NCBI GenBank assembly: GCA_964016885.1
Contig: OZ024742.1
Location: 110,112,001 to 110,176,000 of the forward strand
DNA: 64,000 bases
Reading direction: 5' to 3'
Source of the DNA: Eledone cirrhosa
Lineage: Eukaryota
Below are positions 38,163 through 49,995 of the stretch, piece after piece. The notes beneath the pieces were generated by a model. The model ran no database searches and was not told where the DNA came from. It was given only the letters and a program-made list of their open reading frames with translations. Each line of letters begins with the position of its first letter. Positions within the stretch are counted from its first letter, which is position 1. Made by a program: the position numbers and the translations under genes.

Positions 38163-39870
38163 TTATGTTTCCTCCTATTGTATTGTATTGTATGTCTACG
38201 CCATTTTAATTTTAATTAATTTATTTATTTCTTCTTGTCTCTGTCTCTGCGCATGCCTTTGGGTGTGTGTCTAATGTTTGGTGTATGTGTTCGAATTTGA
38301 GTGTATGTGTTTTTGTTTTTGTATTCTATCTTTGTTCACTAGTGTGTGTTTATATGTGTTTGTTGTTATTGTACTTGTGTATATATTTATTTATTTATAT
38401 TTCCCTTAAGTCAGTATTGTTTGTTTGGGTATGGTTGTTGTTGTTATTCCATTCGGTCTTTCTGTTCAACTGCGGTCTTCTTAGTTATATCTCAGTTGCT
38501 TCTCTGATTTGCCTACCTGTTGAGGCATTTCTATGTTTAGATATTATTTTAATTTCTATGTTGTCTATATTACCGTCTTGTCTTTGTCTGGCGTGTTCGT
38601 ATAGTACTGAACCGTTTTTTCATCCTTTTAGTTCCCCCCAGTGTTGGTCTATTCTTTATCCTATGCTTCGAGCTGTCTCACCTATGTATGTCGATGTCAA
38701 GTTTCTGCAAGTACCCTCTGTACAACTTATACTATAGACTACATTTTTAGTTTTGCAGTTTATCTGGGGGTTCATTTTACATATAACATATTTCTTATTT
38801 CTACAGTGGGTTTTCTTAAAGGGGTATGTTTTGCTGATCAGGGATTTTATGGTAGTTCCTGGCTTTTCTACCACTTTAATCTTTAAATGGGTCTTTCTTA
38901 GGGCCTTTCTACACTGGTTAGCTAATTTCCTTCCAGGGGTAGCATCCACGAACATGATTTGCTCCTGTATAATGGGCAAATTCCTTTCATGTTCATTTCT
39001 ATGAGGGTCTTATATTTCTCCGTGGCTCCTTTGTATATTCTGATTCTGTCTCTTTGGTTGTAGCCAGAGAACTCCATGCGGTTGATGAAGTGTTGGATGT
39101 GTCTTTCCATTTCAGTTGGGCCGCACATGCGGGACACATTCTTCATCACTCTTACCAAGTCTACGATCAGAATATTAAACTTAGCACTATTGGACATTGC
39201 TGAGTTTTTGGAGGCCATTAGCATAGTGTGAGTGGAAAATTTGGGGCCTCTCGTCTCTAGTGTTAATCCAGAGTTCCGTGTCTAATACTGGTAGTCTATT
39301 GTTAGGGTGTTTGGAAGGCTTTAGGATGTCGGTCCACATCATCATGTGGGCGTTGAGGATCTTCTCTCTCCCCTCATGTGTTTGTTGTGTTGTTTCGCTC
39401 GTGTTGATGATGTTGATGATGTGGGGTTGCATAGCCTTGATATAGTTCGACATGCTGTCTATTGACATCCTACCAGATTTATCTGTGGGTAGACACACTA
39501 CCTCACCATCCCTTGTGCGCTGCTTGAGGCTAAGTAGGCCTTCTACAGGTTTTCTTCCAAGTTGTTGAATTTCTGGTCTGCTTTGTCTCTTAGTATATTG
39601 GTCTACTACCTGTCTAAGTTTATTTCTAGCTATGGTAAACTGTGCCTCTGTTTCGTCATCTATTTGTTGTGGTATACAAACTCTTTTATTAAAAGGTAAT
39701 TTAGTGGGATAAATTTTGTTCATCTTGTATAATTTGTCAGCTGAGTTGGAGAACAGGTTCTTTAAGAGGTTGTCATTAAATCTACCGTTATAGTTGTGTG
39801 TGCTACTATTATTGTCATTATGGCTGTTGTTGTTACCTGTTAACATTATTATTATTGTTATGATTATTGA

Positions 39871-40063
39871 AGGGCAGTGGATTGGCAGTATCGGTAGAGG
39901 TTCGGACGCCATGCTTTGCAGCAAAGAGTTACGGCCCTTTATGGTCTGAATTCAAATCCCGCCGAGGTTAACTTTGCCTTTCATCCTTACGGGGTAGATA
40001 AAATAAAGTACCAGTAATACACTGGCATAATTGCTGGCCTTGTGCCAAATGTATAAACAATTA
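39871..40063 (+). mobile_element. SINE (28801 family) with imperfect TSD
   Basis: Same sequence; attattgttatgatt on both sides. Confidence 0.9.
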
Positions 40064-40084
40064 TTGTTATGATTGTTAAATGTA

Positions 40085-40793
40085 CAGGGTGTCCCAAAAA
40101 ATTTGACATAATTTGGCAGGCCAATAATTTTGGCAATTCTTGTTGAAATAACCTCAAATTTTCACAGAACGTATAGAAACAGATCAAGATTTTATATCTA
40201 ATGTTTTATATTTTTCTCTTTTCAGATTGAGAAATGCTGTTCACTTCCAAAGAAAAGTCATTTTGCGTCTTGGAATATGCTCGAACACAGTCACCCAAAA
40301 CTGTGTAGCCTGGCTTCAATGCAAAATTTAGAAAAAAGTCACCAACTGGCAAACAGTATCCTCAGGATACGCCAAACCGTCATTCGAGGAATCTGGGTTT
40401 CCAAACTTGTTCTCCTTACGGACTTCTTGGGGCTTCGCAAGAGTTTTTCACGAACCTGCTCGACCTTCTCTTCTGATGTTGATGATGGTCTTCCAGATCC
40501 TTTAGCCCTGCATAAGCAGCCTTCCTCTTTAAATTGTTGGTACCAGGTCCAAATTTGTTTGCCAGTTGGTGACTATTTTCCAAATTTTGCATTGAAGGCA
40601 TATTCCAAGACGCAAAATGACTTTGCTTTGGAAGTGAACGGCATTTCTCAACCTGAAAAGAAAAAAATATAAAACATTAAATATAAAATCTTGATCTGTT
40701 TCTATACATTCTGTGAAAATTTGAGGTTATTTCAACAAGAATTGCCAAAATTATTGGCCTGCCAAATTATGTCAAATTTTTTGGGACACCCTG
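40085..40793. mobile_element. Mariner-derived fold-back MITE built from two inverted left ends
   Basis: TA|cagggtgtcccaaaaaatttgac...gtcaaattttttgggacaccctg|TA. Both arms carry the transposase start (M.FTSK.KSFCVLEYA); the - arm extends to GRPSSTSEEKVEQVR..SPKKSVRR..ETQIP..TVWRILR (HTH). Confidence 0.88.
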
Positions 40794-40894
40794 TATTATT
40801 GTTGTTGTTCTCGCCATTGTTATTATTGTTGTTACTGTTATTTTTACCATCGTGGTTATTACCTGTATTGTTATGTTTCTTGCTTTAGTTTTTG

Positions 40895-41185
40895 TTGTTG
40901 TTGTTGTTGTTGTTCTGCCTATCGTTGACGTTGCTGCTCCTGCTATTTCCATTATTATTATTGTGGTTGTTGTTGTTGTTGTTCTGCCTATCGTTAACTT
41001 TGCTGCTCCTGCTATTTCTATCCTTCTTATTGTTGTTGGTGTTGTTGTTGTTGTTGTTCTGCCTATCGTTGAGGTTGCTGCTCCTGCTATTTCTATTATT
41101 ATTATTATTGTTGTTGTTGTTGTTGTTGTTGTTCTGCCTATCGTTGACGTTGCTGCTCCTGCTATTATCATTATTATTATTATTT
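40895..41185. repeat. Composite minisatellite, 4 units: gttctgcctatcgttgacgttgctgctcctgcta plus variable (ATT)/(GTT) runs
   Basis: Units at ~40911, 40981, 41056 and 41131; open on - as (NSRSSNVNDRQ-polyN)4. Confidence 0.9.
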
Positions 41186-41187
41186 TG

Positions 41188-41392
41188 AGGGCGGTGGATT
41201 GGCAGTATTGGTAAAAGGTCGGACGCCATGCTTTGCAGCAAAGAGTTACGTCCCTTTATGGTCTGAGTTCAAATACCGCCGAGGTTAACTTTGCTTTTCA
41301 GCCTTACGGAGTCGATAAAAATAAAGCACCAGTAATACACTGGGATAATTGCTGGCCTTGTGCCAAAAGTAGAAACAATTATTATTATTATT
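41188..41392 (+). mobile_element. SINE (28801 family)
   Basis: Same sequence with (ATT)n tail. Confidence 0.9.
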
Positions 41393-41632
41393 GAATGCCA
41401 TGGTTGACGGAGGCTCGGCTCTGTAAGGTATAGTAATTTTTAACCGCTATAACAATTGTAAATTGTTTAAAACTTTAACCAAATTATAGACAAAAACACC
41501 CTCCTCCTCGTGAGAGGGGTCTTTCTGCCCGTTATTTGGTCCTTCGGGGTTAAATAACCGCTTATTGGGGTTTTGTGTCCAATATTTATTTTAACCCCCC
41601 CCCCCCCCCCCCAAAAAAAAAAAAAAAAAAAC

Positions 41633-42045
41633 ATGGCTACAAAAAAGAATTTTCACAAGTCACTCCCACTCATTCCATCTTCCTCAATCGTCACTACATC
41701 AGAGAGAAGATTGTCTCTCTCCCTCCCTTCTCCAAATGTGTCTCTCTCTCTCCCTTCTCTTTCGCAAGCGACGCCCGTAAAGAAAAAGAAAAATATAGTT
41801 TCTGATAGTTTCCAAGAGCACGTGCAAAACGTGGAACATTTCTCCACGACGACGACAACGACGAAAAATGTGTGCGGTAAATACGGAAAGCCATTTCATT
41901 CGTCTGGCGTCATGAATAATAGCAGTAGCAGCCGTAATAACAGCAGCAGCAGCAACAGTGACAAGGAAAACAACAGTAGCAACCACAACAGCATCAGCAG
42001 CAGCATAAACAACAACAGCATTAGCAGCAACAGCAACAACAACAG

Positions 42046-42081
<36 letters not shown>

Positions 42082-43812
42082 CAGCAACAACAACAACAAC
42101 AACCACAGCAACGGCGGCAGTCGTAGTACCAGCAGCAACAACAAAAGTAACAGCAGCTCTGACGATAACAACAACAACAACAACAAAGAAAACCAATCTC
42201 GTTTGCAGGTATCGCAAAGAACCTGGAAACCATCCTTATAACAAATGAGGAATTACAGGAAGCAAAGAAGATGGTGACGAAAACCGGACACCGAGCAATC
42301 TGCAAGGCAGTCGAAACATTTTTCGAAACCCAACAGCACTGTACGGTCACGCACCGTACAGTAAGCACAAAATCCCGTAGGGTTGAAAGAGCCTCAGAGG
42401 CTCAAATACAAAAAGCCTTAGGGTCTGTGTGGCAGCGGAAAACGCATATCACCCGAGGCAAGAAATATGCTACCGTGGACGTGCTTTTTGCCACACCCCA
42501 GGAGGCAAAGGCTCAATCCTTAGTGACCCTAAGGAGCGAGGAAATGGTGTTGGTGCCCTCCTACTGCGGACAAAAAATTGTGAGGGTCAAACTGACCCAC
42601 TCCCCCCCCGGGATGGCCCCTTCTTGGCTGGCCGCGTCTATCCTCGTCGGAATCGAGGACAAAACAACTGTACTGCAAGTACAGAAAAAAGTACGAGAAG
42701 ATTGGGTCGGCACCTCCATTGAGATGTTAATCCAAACCAACCAGGAGTGCATCGAAGCTATCCCGGATGTGATAGACTTCGATAACGGCACTCAACTTCC
42801 CATAAGTGTTGAGGGCAAACGCCCGAAATGCTTTCGCTGTGGATCGAAGACGAACCTCAGGGCCTTCTGCAATGAGAAGACCCTGAGAAAGGAGAAAACT
42901 CCCCTCCTTCCGAAACCGGCTCCACTGCTACCAAAAACAGGACAGGCGGCAACCAGGAAGGATAGGTCCGTGGCACCCATACCCACGCCACGGAAATCAA
43001 GAACAGCAGCAGCAGTGGAAGTATTAACAATAAAAACAGCAATACCAACTGCAGCAGCAACAGAGACTCCACTGCAAACATCACCAACAACAACAAGTGA
43101 AAGAGTGGAGCTGGTACCCCTCCCCGACCTCACAGAATCGGACATGGAGTGTGAGGTGAGAGAGGGATGGCAAAAGGTCGCAAGAAGGCACAAACGCAGA
43201 AACAGCGCATCGTCGCCTTCGAAAAGGGAGGAAAGAAATGAAAAAAGGGTAAAGGCTACTGCAAAGAGACTTACAGTAGCAACACCACCAACACCATCAC
43301 CACCCACACTAGCACCACCATCACCACCGGCGGCAACCCCACAGCAGACAACAACACCTTTAACACCACCACCACAAGCACCAACATCGCAAACACAACA
43401 ACAAAACACACACACTCTGCAACAACGACAAGAAAATAGCAGAACCACACCCCACCCCCAGAAAAAGAAATGCACAGCAATAAATACACACAACAAGAAA
43501 CTAATGACTTACATAATTGAACACAGAGACATTTCACAGCACGACTACATAATACCAGCACCAATCAAAACACCAACGAACATAAGACTGGTAAGAATAG
43601 CACAGAAGAAATACACAAACATTAAAACGAAATTCCCCAACGCAGTTGGTGATTTCAGAGACCTAGGAGGGACACTCAACCGGAGAATATATTCGGATAT
43701 ATTCACAGAAGAGCCGACGACCAGGCGAAGGGACGATTCAACGGTCCCTTCACCAGACGATCAAGTGAAAAGGGATGGAGAAATCATCCTTCCTCTACGA
43801 GAAGTAAGGTAA
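41633..43812 (+). pseudogene. Tx1 ORF1 (gag-like); frameshift in/near the 5' trinucleotide tract, 42271-43812 open
   Basis: Degenerate zinc knuckle CFRCGSKTNLRAFC (the paralogue at 59280 has CFRCNSTAHLKASC); Pro/Thr-rich tail; stop 35 nt before the ORF2 ATG. Confidence 0.8.
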
Positions 43813-43846
43813 GTGGTCTTTCCCATCTTTTCCACTCCATTTCAAC

Positions 43847-45902
43847 ATGACCTCACTCAGAATAGGCAACATGAATGCGCGTGGCTTGGGGTCGTCATGG
43901 AAGCAGGGCCACCTGCTCAACGACCTCAGGTCACTAAACATAGATGTAGTGGCCATCAGCGAGACCAGAATCCCCGAAGCACGGGCCTTCGCACCGATCT
44001 TCGGCGGCTACGATGTGTACGCATCTCCCAGCCGTCCGGGATCGGGGGGAGGAGTTGCTGTGCTTTTTCGGAGAGGTTTGGATCTCGCCATACGGGCCAT
44101 CTTCCTGGACCCAGAAGGTAAGTTGGTGGTGCTGGACGTGACCAGCGGAGACGGGCAATCTTTCAGGCTAGTGGCCGTCTATGCCCCGACAGGAGCAGGG
44201 CGGCCTGATTTCTTCCGGCGTCTGGAGACCTTTCTTGGAACGTCCCGCTCTTTAGTGTTTGTGGGCGACTGGAACGGGATCTTAGATACACGCTGGGACT
44301 GTGTGGGATTAGCGGATAGGGGAGGAGGGTGCAAGAGCCTCACCAACCTGCTCAGGCGTTTTGAACTGTCTGACAGGTACCGATTGGATTTCCCGAATGT
44401 GCCAATGTGGACTTGGACAAACCGCATAGGGTCATCCAGATCATATTTAGATAGAGTATTTTGTAGGGAAATAGATAGGTATAACATAGGCTGTCCACAA
44501 TTCAAAATAGTCAGCTACACGGACAACAAATTCGTGATCTGTGTGCTTGACTTAGATAGGCTTCATAGACGAGGACCCGGCTACTGGAAGCTAAACGCGT
44601 CCTTACCAGCGCGCAAGGCCTACAGAGACCGGATTAGCGAACTAGTTTAGCGGGCGTTGACGGGGGCCATCGTCAACAACAAGTGGTGGTTTTCTCTGAA
44701 AAGAGCGATTAGAATAGAGTCCATTAGGTTTAGTAAGGCTTTAGCAATAGAGAAAAATAGAGCAAAGGGAGAGCTAGTTAGAAAATTAGACGAGACGCTT
44801 AGCAAATCGATCCCAGAAATGGGCGGAGAGGAAGCTATCCCTTAAAGGTCGAGCGGAGGTGGCTAACGCGTACATCGCGTCCATCATCTGCTACCGCCTG
44901 ACCGTCGTACCTTGTCCTAAGCCCCACCTGACTGCGCTGGAGTGTTTGCTCTTTCGATTTTTGTGTAAGGGACGCGCTCCGATGGTCAGGCGGTCCATCT
45001 GTTGTCAACACCCGCTACGTGGAGGGCTGGGCATGCCGTGGCTGATGATGCGCAGACACGCGCTCAGGCTACGACATCTCCACCTCTTCCTCGACGGTGA
45101 TCAGGTGTGGTCGCCGTTTGCTAGACGCGTCTTTACCCAGCTCGTTTCCTTGACGGAGCTGCAGTCCTGGGTCAAGCGAAGACTGAGAGGGAGTGCTTGG
45201 AGACTGGAATGTCTTCAGGCGCTCACAGCCCTCGACCAATCGGGCAATGTGATCGGTGGAAACCCCACCTCGGCGTTCTATAGAGGATTAGTGGAGGGGA
45301 AGAGCGACGACGTACTTGGAGAAACTCTAGGCCTCGACGAAAATCAACTAGCCAATCTCTTCGGAAGAACTTTCAGGCCGGGGCCTATGGACAACTTCCA
45401 GAAATCCCTGGCCTGGCAGTGCTACCGAGGAGTCTTGCCAGTTCGGGATAAACTCCACAGGCATGGAGGTGCCGTCAGCCGGGCGTGTCCGAGATGCGCG
45501 CAGAGCGACGAAACCGTCCTGCACGCACTTGTCCAGTGTCCGCGAATTGCTGACTTGTGGGTTTATGTCGAACACCTGCTGTCGCGTGTAGGACGGATCC
45601 GGCTATCAGCTGAGTCCATCGTGAGGATTGCCCCGCCCTCTTCCTTTAGCCGGGAAGGGCAGGCAGTTTTTATCTGTCTGGTGGCCATGGCGAAAGAGAT
45701 AGTATGGTGGACACGTTTGAAAGGGCTGAAGACGAGCACTTACCTCTTCGGTGATGCCCTGATTGACTTTTTCAAATTTCATTTGAAAAGGAAAATCAGG
45801 GTAGAGAGGGAAGTGCTCTCTTCCCAGCATTTTGTTGAAAGATGGGTGAGAGAAGCAAGAATGGACCGAGTGAATGGGCCTACTCTGAGTATGTGTCTGT
45901 AA
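43847..45902 (+). pseudogene. Tx1 ORF2 remnant: APE (43847-44650) and C-terminal zinc-binding region (44859-45902)
   Basis: NMNARGL, ISETR, VAVYAP, VGDWN, WTW..SYLDR, GPGYWKLN; GGLGMP, CPRC..ETVLHALVQC. Confidence 0.9.
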
Positions 45903-47167
45903 ATTAAAGGTGGAAAACTGGGAGAGGGCACTTGCCCTGGTGGTCAGGGTCACTGTGGCCTTTTAATGGGCTTTCTCCACAAATGTTCCTCCGAAGTCTC
46001 CCCCCTATTGGGGAATTTTTCATTGTTATTTTTTATTACATCCTGTTTTTGTTTTTTACACGCAGAAATGCCCATTTATACCGTCCTGTATTGTCCTGTA
46101 CTGCCCTTAATGTCTACTTTATGTAAACCCTTGTGGTTAATAAAGAAAGTATTATTATTTTCATCTTTCCTGTTATCGTTATTGTTATGACTATTATTAT
46201 TATAGCTGTTATTTCTATAGTCAAAGTTATTGTTTATATTACTACTTTCGTTATTATTGTTGTTGTTCGTATTGTTGTTATTTATTTTCGCATCCCAACG
46301 TATTTTCGTGAAGAACATTTCGATCTCTGACATGCATTGTACTGGGTTTATCTTGTTATATATAGTGAACTTTGATGGAAGTTGTAGAATTTATTGTTCT
46401 TGTTCACTGGTTATAGTATTACCATAGATATTTAATGCCTGGTCTTTGGTAAACTCTGTATGTAATATGACATCTGTCATACAGATATTGTCGATTTTGT
46501 CAGGATATTTTTGTAAGTTTTCCTTTCTCTTTCCTTGTTTTTTCTCCTTCATCCATGTTAATTTCTTATTGAAATGTTTATTGCATTCGTTCTGAGCATA
46601 TTTTGTTTCATGTCGAATGATGTTCATGAGTTTATTTATCTCGTTTGGTGTGGTGAGATTTTTAATTTCCTTAACATTAACGCATTTCTATTTGTAAAGT
46701 TCGTTAAATTTCTTATATGTTATTCTTTTCATATTGACTGTTAACGTGCGTTTTAGGCGTTCGGCTTGTGTTTTGTTTAGTAGTAAATTATTTACTTGTT
46801 TTGATATGTTTGTTTTGTATATTTTCAAGGGAACACAGTGTTTTAAGAAGCGAATTTGTTCTGTTGTTATTGTAGTTTTTATATAACAGAAAACTGTTTT
46901 TCAATAACCTTTCAGCTTGGCATAAGCCAATGCAGTGACGGCGATGAATTTGTTTTGATATGAAATCGTGTGTCGAAACAAATATTGTTATACTTGGAGA
47001 GCGTCATATTGTTGTAATATTGCCAGAAATAATAACAGAACACACTCACTGTTTGGTTGGTTTTCGCTTCTGTATCTTTTATATCTCCATAGTTAATTTA
47101 TTTGGCAATCAATGTTTATCATTGATTGACCAGCGGTTAAAAATACAGATATAAATATATATCTATA

Positions 47168-47223
47168 TAGTCTACCAAAGTTAGTTCTTTCGTTGCACAC
47201 CTGAAACATCATCAGTAGTACTA
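47168..47223 (-). ncRNA. Hammerhead in 5' pLTR (mutated)
   Basis: uagu acua CUGAUGA u GUUuCA ggug UGCAAC GAAA gaacuaac UU uggu ag acua; one stem II mismatch and a 4-nt duplication in stem III. Confidence 0.65.
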
Positions 47224-47520
47224 TTATGTTTCCTCCTATTGTATTGTATTGTATGTCTACGCCATTTTTATTTTAATTAATTCATTTATTTCTTCTTGTT
47301 TCTATCTCTGTGCCTGCGTTTGCGTGTGTGTATAATGTTTGGTGTGTGTGTTCGCATTTGAGTGTATGTGGTTTTGTTTTCGTATTCTATCTTTGTTCAC
47401 TAGTGTGTGTTTATATGTGTTTGTTGTAACTGTACTTGTATATATATATTTATTTATTTATATTTCTCTTAAGCGAAAACCAACCAAGCAGTGTGTTCTG
47501 TTATTATTTCTGGCAATATT

Positions 47521-47572
<52 letters not shown>

Positions 47573-47576
47573 AACA

Positions 47577-48182
47577 AAGATGAAATCGAAAATGCAACTG
47601 GAGTCTTATTTAAAAAAAATATATATATATTTATTTGATTCCTTTACCAGTTTCGCAGTTCTTTAGCTTTTCTTTCACTGAGTGGACATCTCGTTGAGTT
47701 CATTTAAGATGTCCTGGTTCAGTGAGTTGTTGTTTTGTTGAGACTTCGGTGGCATTTTCGGTCTTCGTGTGGTGGGTATGTATTAGAAAGTGAGGTTTTT
47801 TTACAAAATGAAAAATAACCGAGGTGTCCTACACGAGTGAAAGTATAAAGAAAAAAGATGAAATCGAAAATGCAACTGGAGTCTTATTTAAAAAAAAATA
47901 TATATATATTTATTTGGTTCCCACCACACGAAGACCGAAAATGCCACCAAAGTCTCAACAAAACAACAACTCACTGAACCAAGACATCTTAAATGAACTC
48001 AACGAGATGTCCACTCAGTGGAAAAAAAGCAGAAGAACTGTGAAACCGGTAAAAGAACCAAATAAATATATATATTCTTTTAAAAATAAGACTCCAGTTG
48101 CATTTTCGATTCATCCTTTTTCCTTATACTTTCACTCGTGTAGGACACCTCGGTTATTTTTCATTTTGTAAAAAAACCTCAC

Positions 48183-48190
<8 letters not shown>
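47577..48190. mobile_element. (TA)n-flanked rearranged element: ~280-bp unit in partial tandem on - plus an inverted, circularly permuted copy on +
   Basis: aagatgaaatcgaaaatgcaactggagtc at 47577 and ~47855; 47920-48190 is the reverse complement of the unit with a different start. Related sequence at 55015-55115. Confidence 0.8.
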
Positions 48191-48226
<36 letters not shown>

Positions 48227-48228
<2 letters not shown>

Positions 48229-48421
48229 CGAAGGAAATGTGGTAAGGAACCAAGTGGACCATAACGCACCAAAGTACTCAATACTTAGGGTAGTAGAGTG
48301 GGTAATAGGAACAAATAAGACCCCGACGGCTGAGCTCAAGCCGTTTCGACGGCTAATTCTGGACGCGTCCAGAATTAGCCGTCGAAACGGCTTCAGCTCA
48401 GCCGTCGGGGTCTTATTTGTT

Positions 48422-48426
<5 letters not shown>
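48227..48426 (+). mobile_element. (TA)n-flanked fold-back element, copy 4 (palindrome 48305-48426)
   Basis: Palindrome centred on ggacgcgtcc with a single mismatch. Confidence 0.88.
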
Positions 48427-48466
<40 letters not shown>

Positions 48467-48987
48467 GTAAAAAAGACTTATAGAGAGAATGAAGGAGAGG
48501 AAATGCAAGAAAAAATAGAATGAAAAATCCGTGATAAATGTCTGAGTGGGGCGAGTTATAGAGAGTCAGTTATATTCAGTGCTTCGGGTGTTTTGGCCAG
48601 TGCAGTTGCAGCCGGGTGAACTTCACAGGCTGTCCGTAGCTATATGAGGTAGGGTGATGCATGGAGAATAAGAGGTAACTGTTGCTTTTGTTTCTCTCAT
48701 TAATCCGTTCGAAAGATGTTCCATAGTAAATCTCCGTACTCATCCCATTAGGTGTGTCCAACAGTTGGGGTATCCTGGAGTGTAGTTTGCCTCACTTCAT
48801 CAGATTGGATTGTATCAAAAAGTGGTCAACATGGGGAGCTAAATAAATTCGGTATACAAGGATGCAATTCACTTCTAGCACTCAACATCATATTACTTCC
48901 TAAAAAACAAGGATGACGGAGTATATATATATATATATATATATATATGATTTCTCCCAAATGAAACAGCCCTAGTCCTGTAGAAAC

Positions 48988-49057
<70 letters not shown>

Positions 49058-49059
49058 AC

Positions 49060-49625
49060 AGAGGTGGTAGCCGAGACTTAAAGTGTATTTAAAGTTGCAT
49101 ATTTTTTAGCATATAAACTTGCCGAATACACGTATTTCCCAGTAAACTGAAAAAAATGAAAAACACCTTTAATCGATTTTCAAATCTAGTTGGGCTTTCA
49201 TCAGAAGGTGTGTATATAATCTAAACAGCCATAAGAAAATAGGTAACACACAGGTTTATATACCTTATCACTTATCATAGTATCATGAAATGGACCTATT
49301 AAATTGAATGTTATTAGCGCCCATGTAGGTAGTTAATTGAAATATATATTAAGTTGTGCGCTAAGTAGCCGAAGTGTACGATAAAGTTATGATACACATG
49401 TCATCTTATGAAAACCCAACTAGAACTAAAAAATCGATTAAAGTGTTTATAATTACTTAAATTTACAGGTAGATACAATTATTAGGCATACTTACAAGTT
49501 TTTGTATAAAAAAAAATGTGTAAATTTATTTACACATATACGCAGTTACACTTACCTCTATTCTGAATATATACAGACATAATTTTATCATATACTTCGG
49601 CTGCTTAGCGCACAACTTTATATAA
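49060..49625. repeat. Old, diverged overlapping inverted repeats next to (TA)n
   Basis: tttaatcgatttt..tctagttggg.tttcat (~49168-49201) vs atgaaaacccaactaga..aaaatcgattaaa (~49408-49443); aagttgtgcgctaagtagccgaagt (49351) vs acttcggctgcttagcgcacaactt (~49594). Confidence 0.75.
49163..49211 (-). ncRNA. Minimal type I hammerhead ribozyme (stem II eroded)
   Basis: ACACCUU CUGAUGA aagcccaacuagauuu GAAA AUCGAU UA AAGGUGU. Perfect 7-bp stem I; palindromic stem III AAUCGAUU. Confidence 0.72.
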
Positions 49626-49835
49626 ATTTTGCCTTCAGTGCTAAATATATCGATAAGCAGACGAAAAATTGATATTTGCACTTGTATTATACATTTCTGT
49701 TTACAGATGATAGTTCTTGTTGTTTCTGTTGTTGTTGTTGTTGTTGTACAGCCCCAGGCTAGGTATAATTATTATCAAAGGCGTTCCAGTTGTGAAAATC
49801 TCGTCTCTTTAGAACTTCTGGACCATGTGGACAGA

Positions 49836-49995
49836 GACATGGCTGACTGGTTAAAAGTTTCGCTGCACAATCATGAGGTTCTTGGTACGATCTCACTGCC
49901 TTTCAAATTGCACAAGTGTCTTTATGACAGTCTCGGTTAGACCTAAACATTATGAGTAAAATTTAGTTGTCAGAAACAGCGTGGAGGCCTATCAG
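49836..49995 (+). mobile_element. Degenerate tRNA-derived SINE of a second family
   Basis: A box-like atggctgactggttaa, B box-like ggtacgatctc; body resembles a common octopus SINE from memory. Confidence 0.5.

Larger units (their letters stand above)
41393..46149 (+). mobile_element. Tx1/L1-clade LINE (ATT subfamily) with both ends retained and the whole RT deleted
   Basis: 5' UTR, ORF1, ORF2 APE, junction at ~44805 jumping to the post-RT region, 3' UTR ending cccttgtggttaataaagaaa; tattattatt on both sides. Confidence 0.93.
37904..47530 (-). mobile_element. Full-length Penelope-like element with two direct pLTRs, interrupted by nested insertions
   Basis: Direct ~510-bp repeats at 37904-38410 and 46956-47473. 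ORF start ATG 47007(-) MTLSKYNNICFDTRF; N-terminal ..PSKF..EMFFTKIRWD (~46400-46290); Asn-rich tract; PTDKSG motif (~39480); RT core deleted at ~39320; GIY-YIG NCKTKNVVYSISC..YIGETARS (38660-38770); short inverted pLTR piece 47471-47530. Confidence 0.82.

Noticed and set aside
40895-41185. CRISPR-like repeat-spacer array
   Set aside because: Spacers are ATT/GTT microsatellite rather than unique sequence; eukaryotic context and no cas genes.
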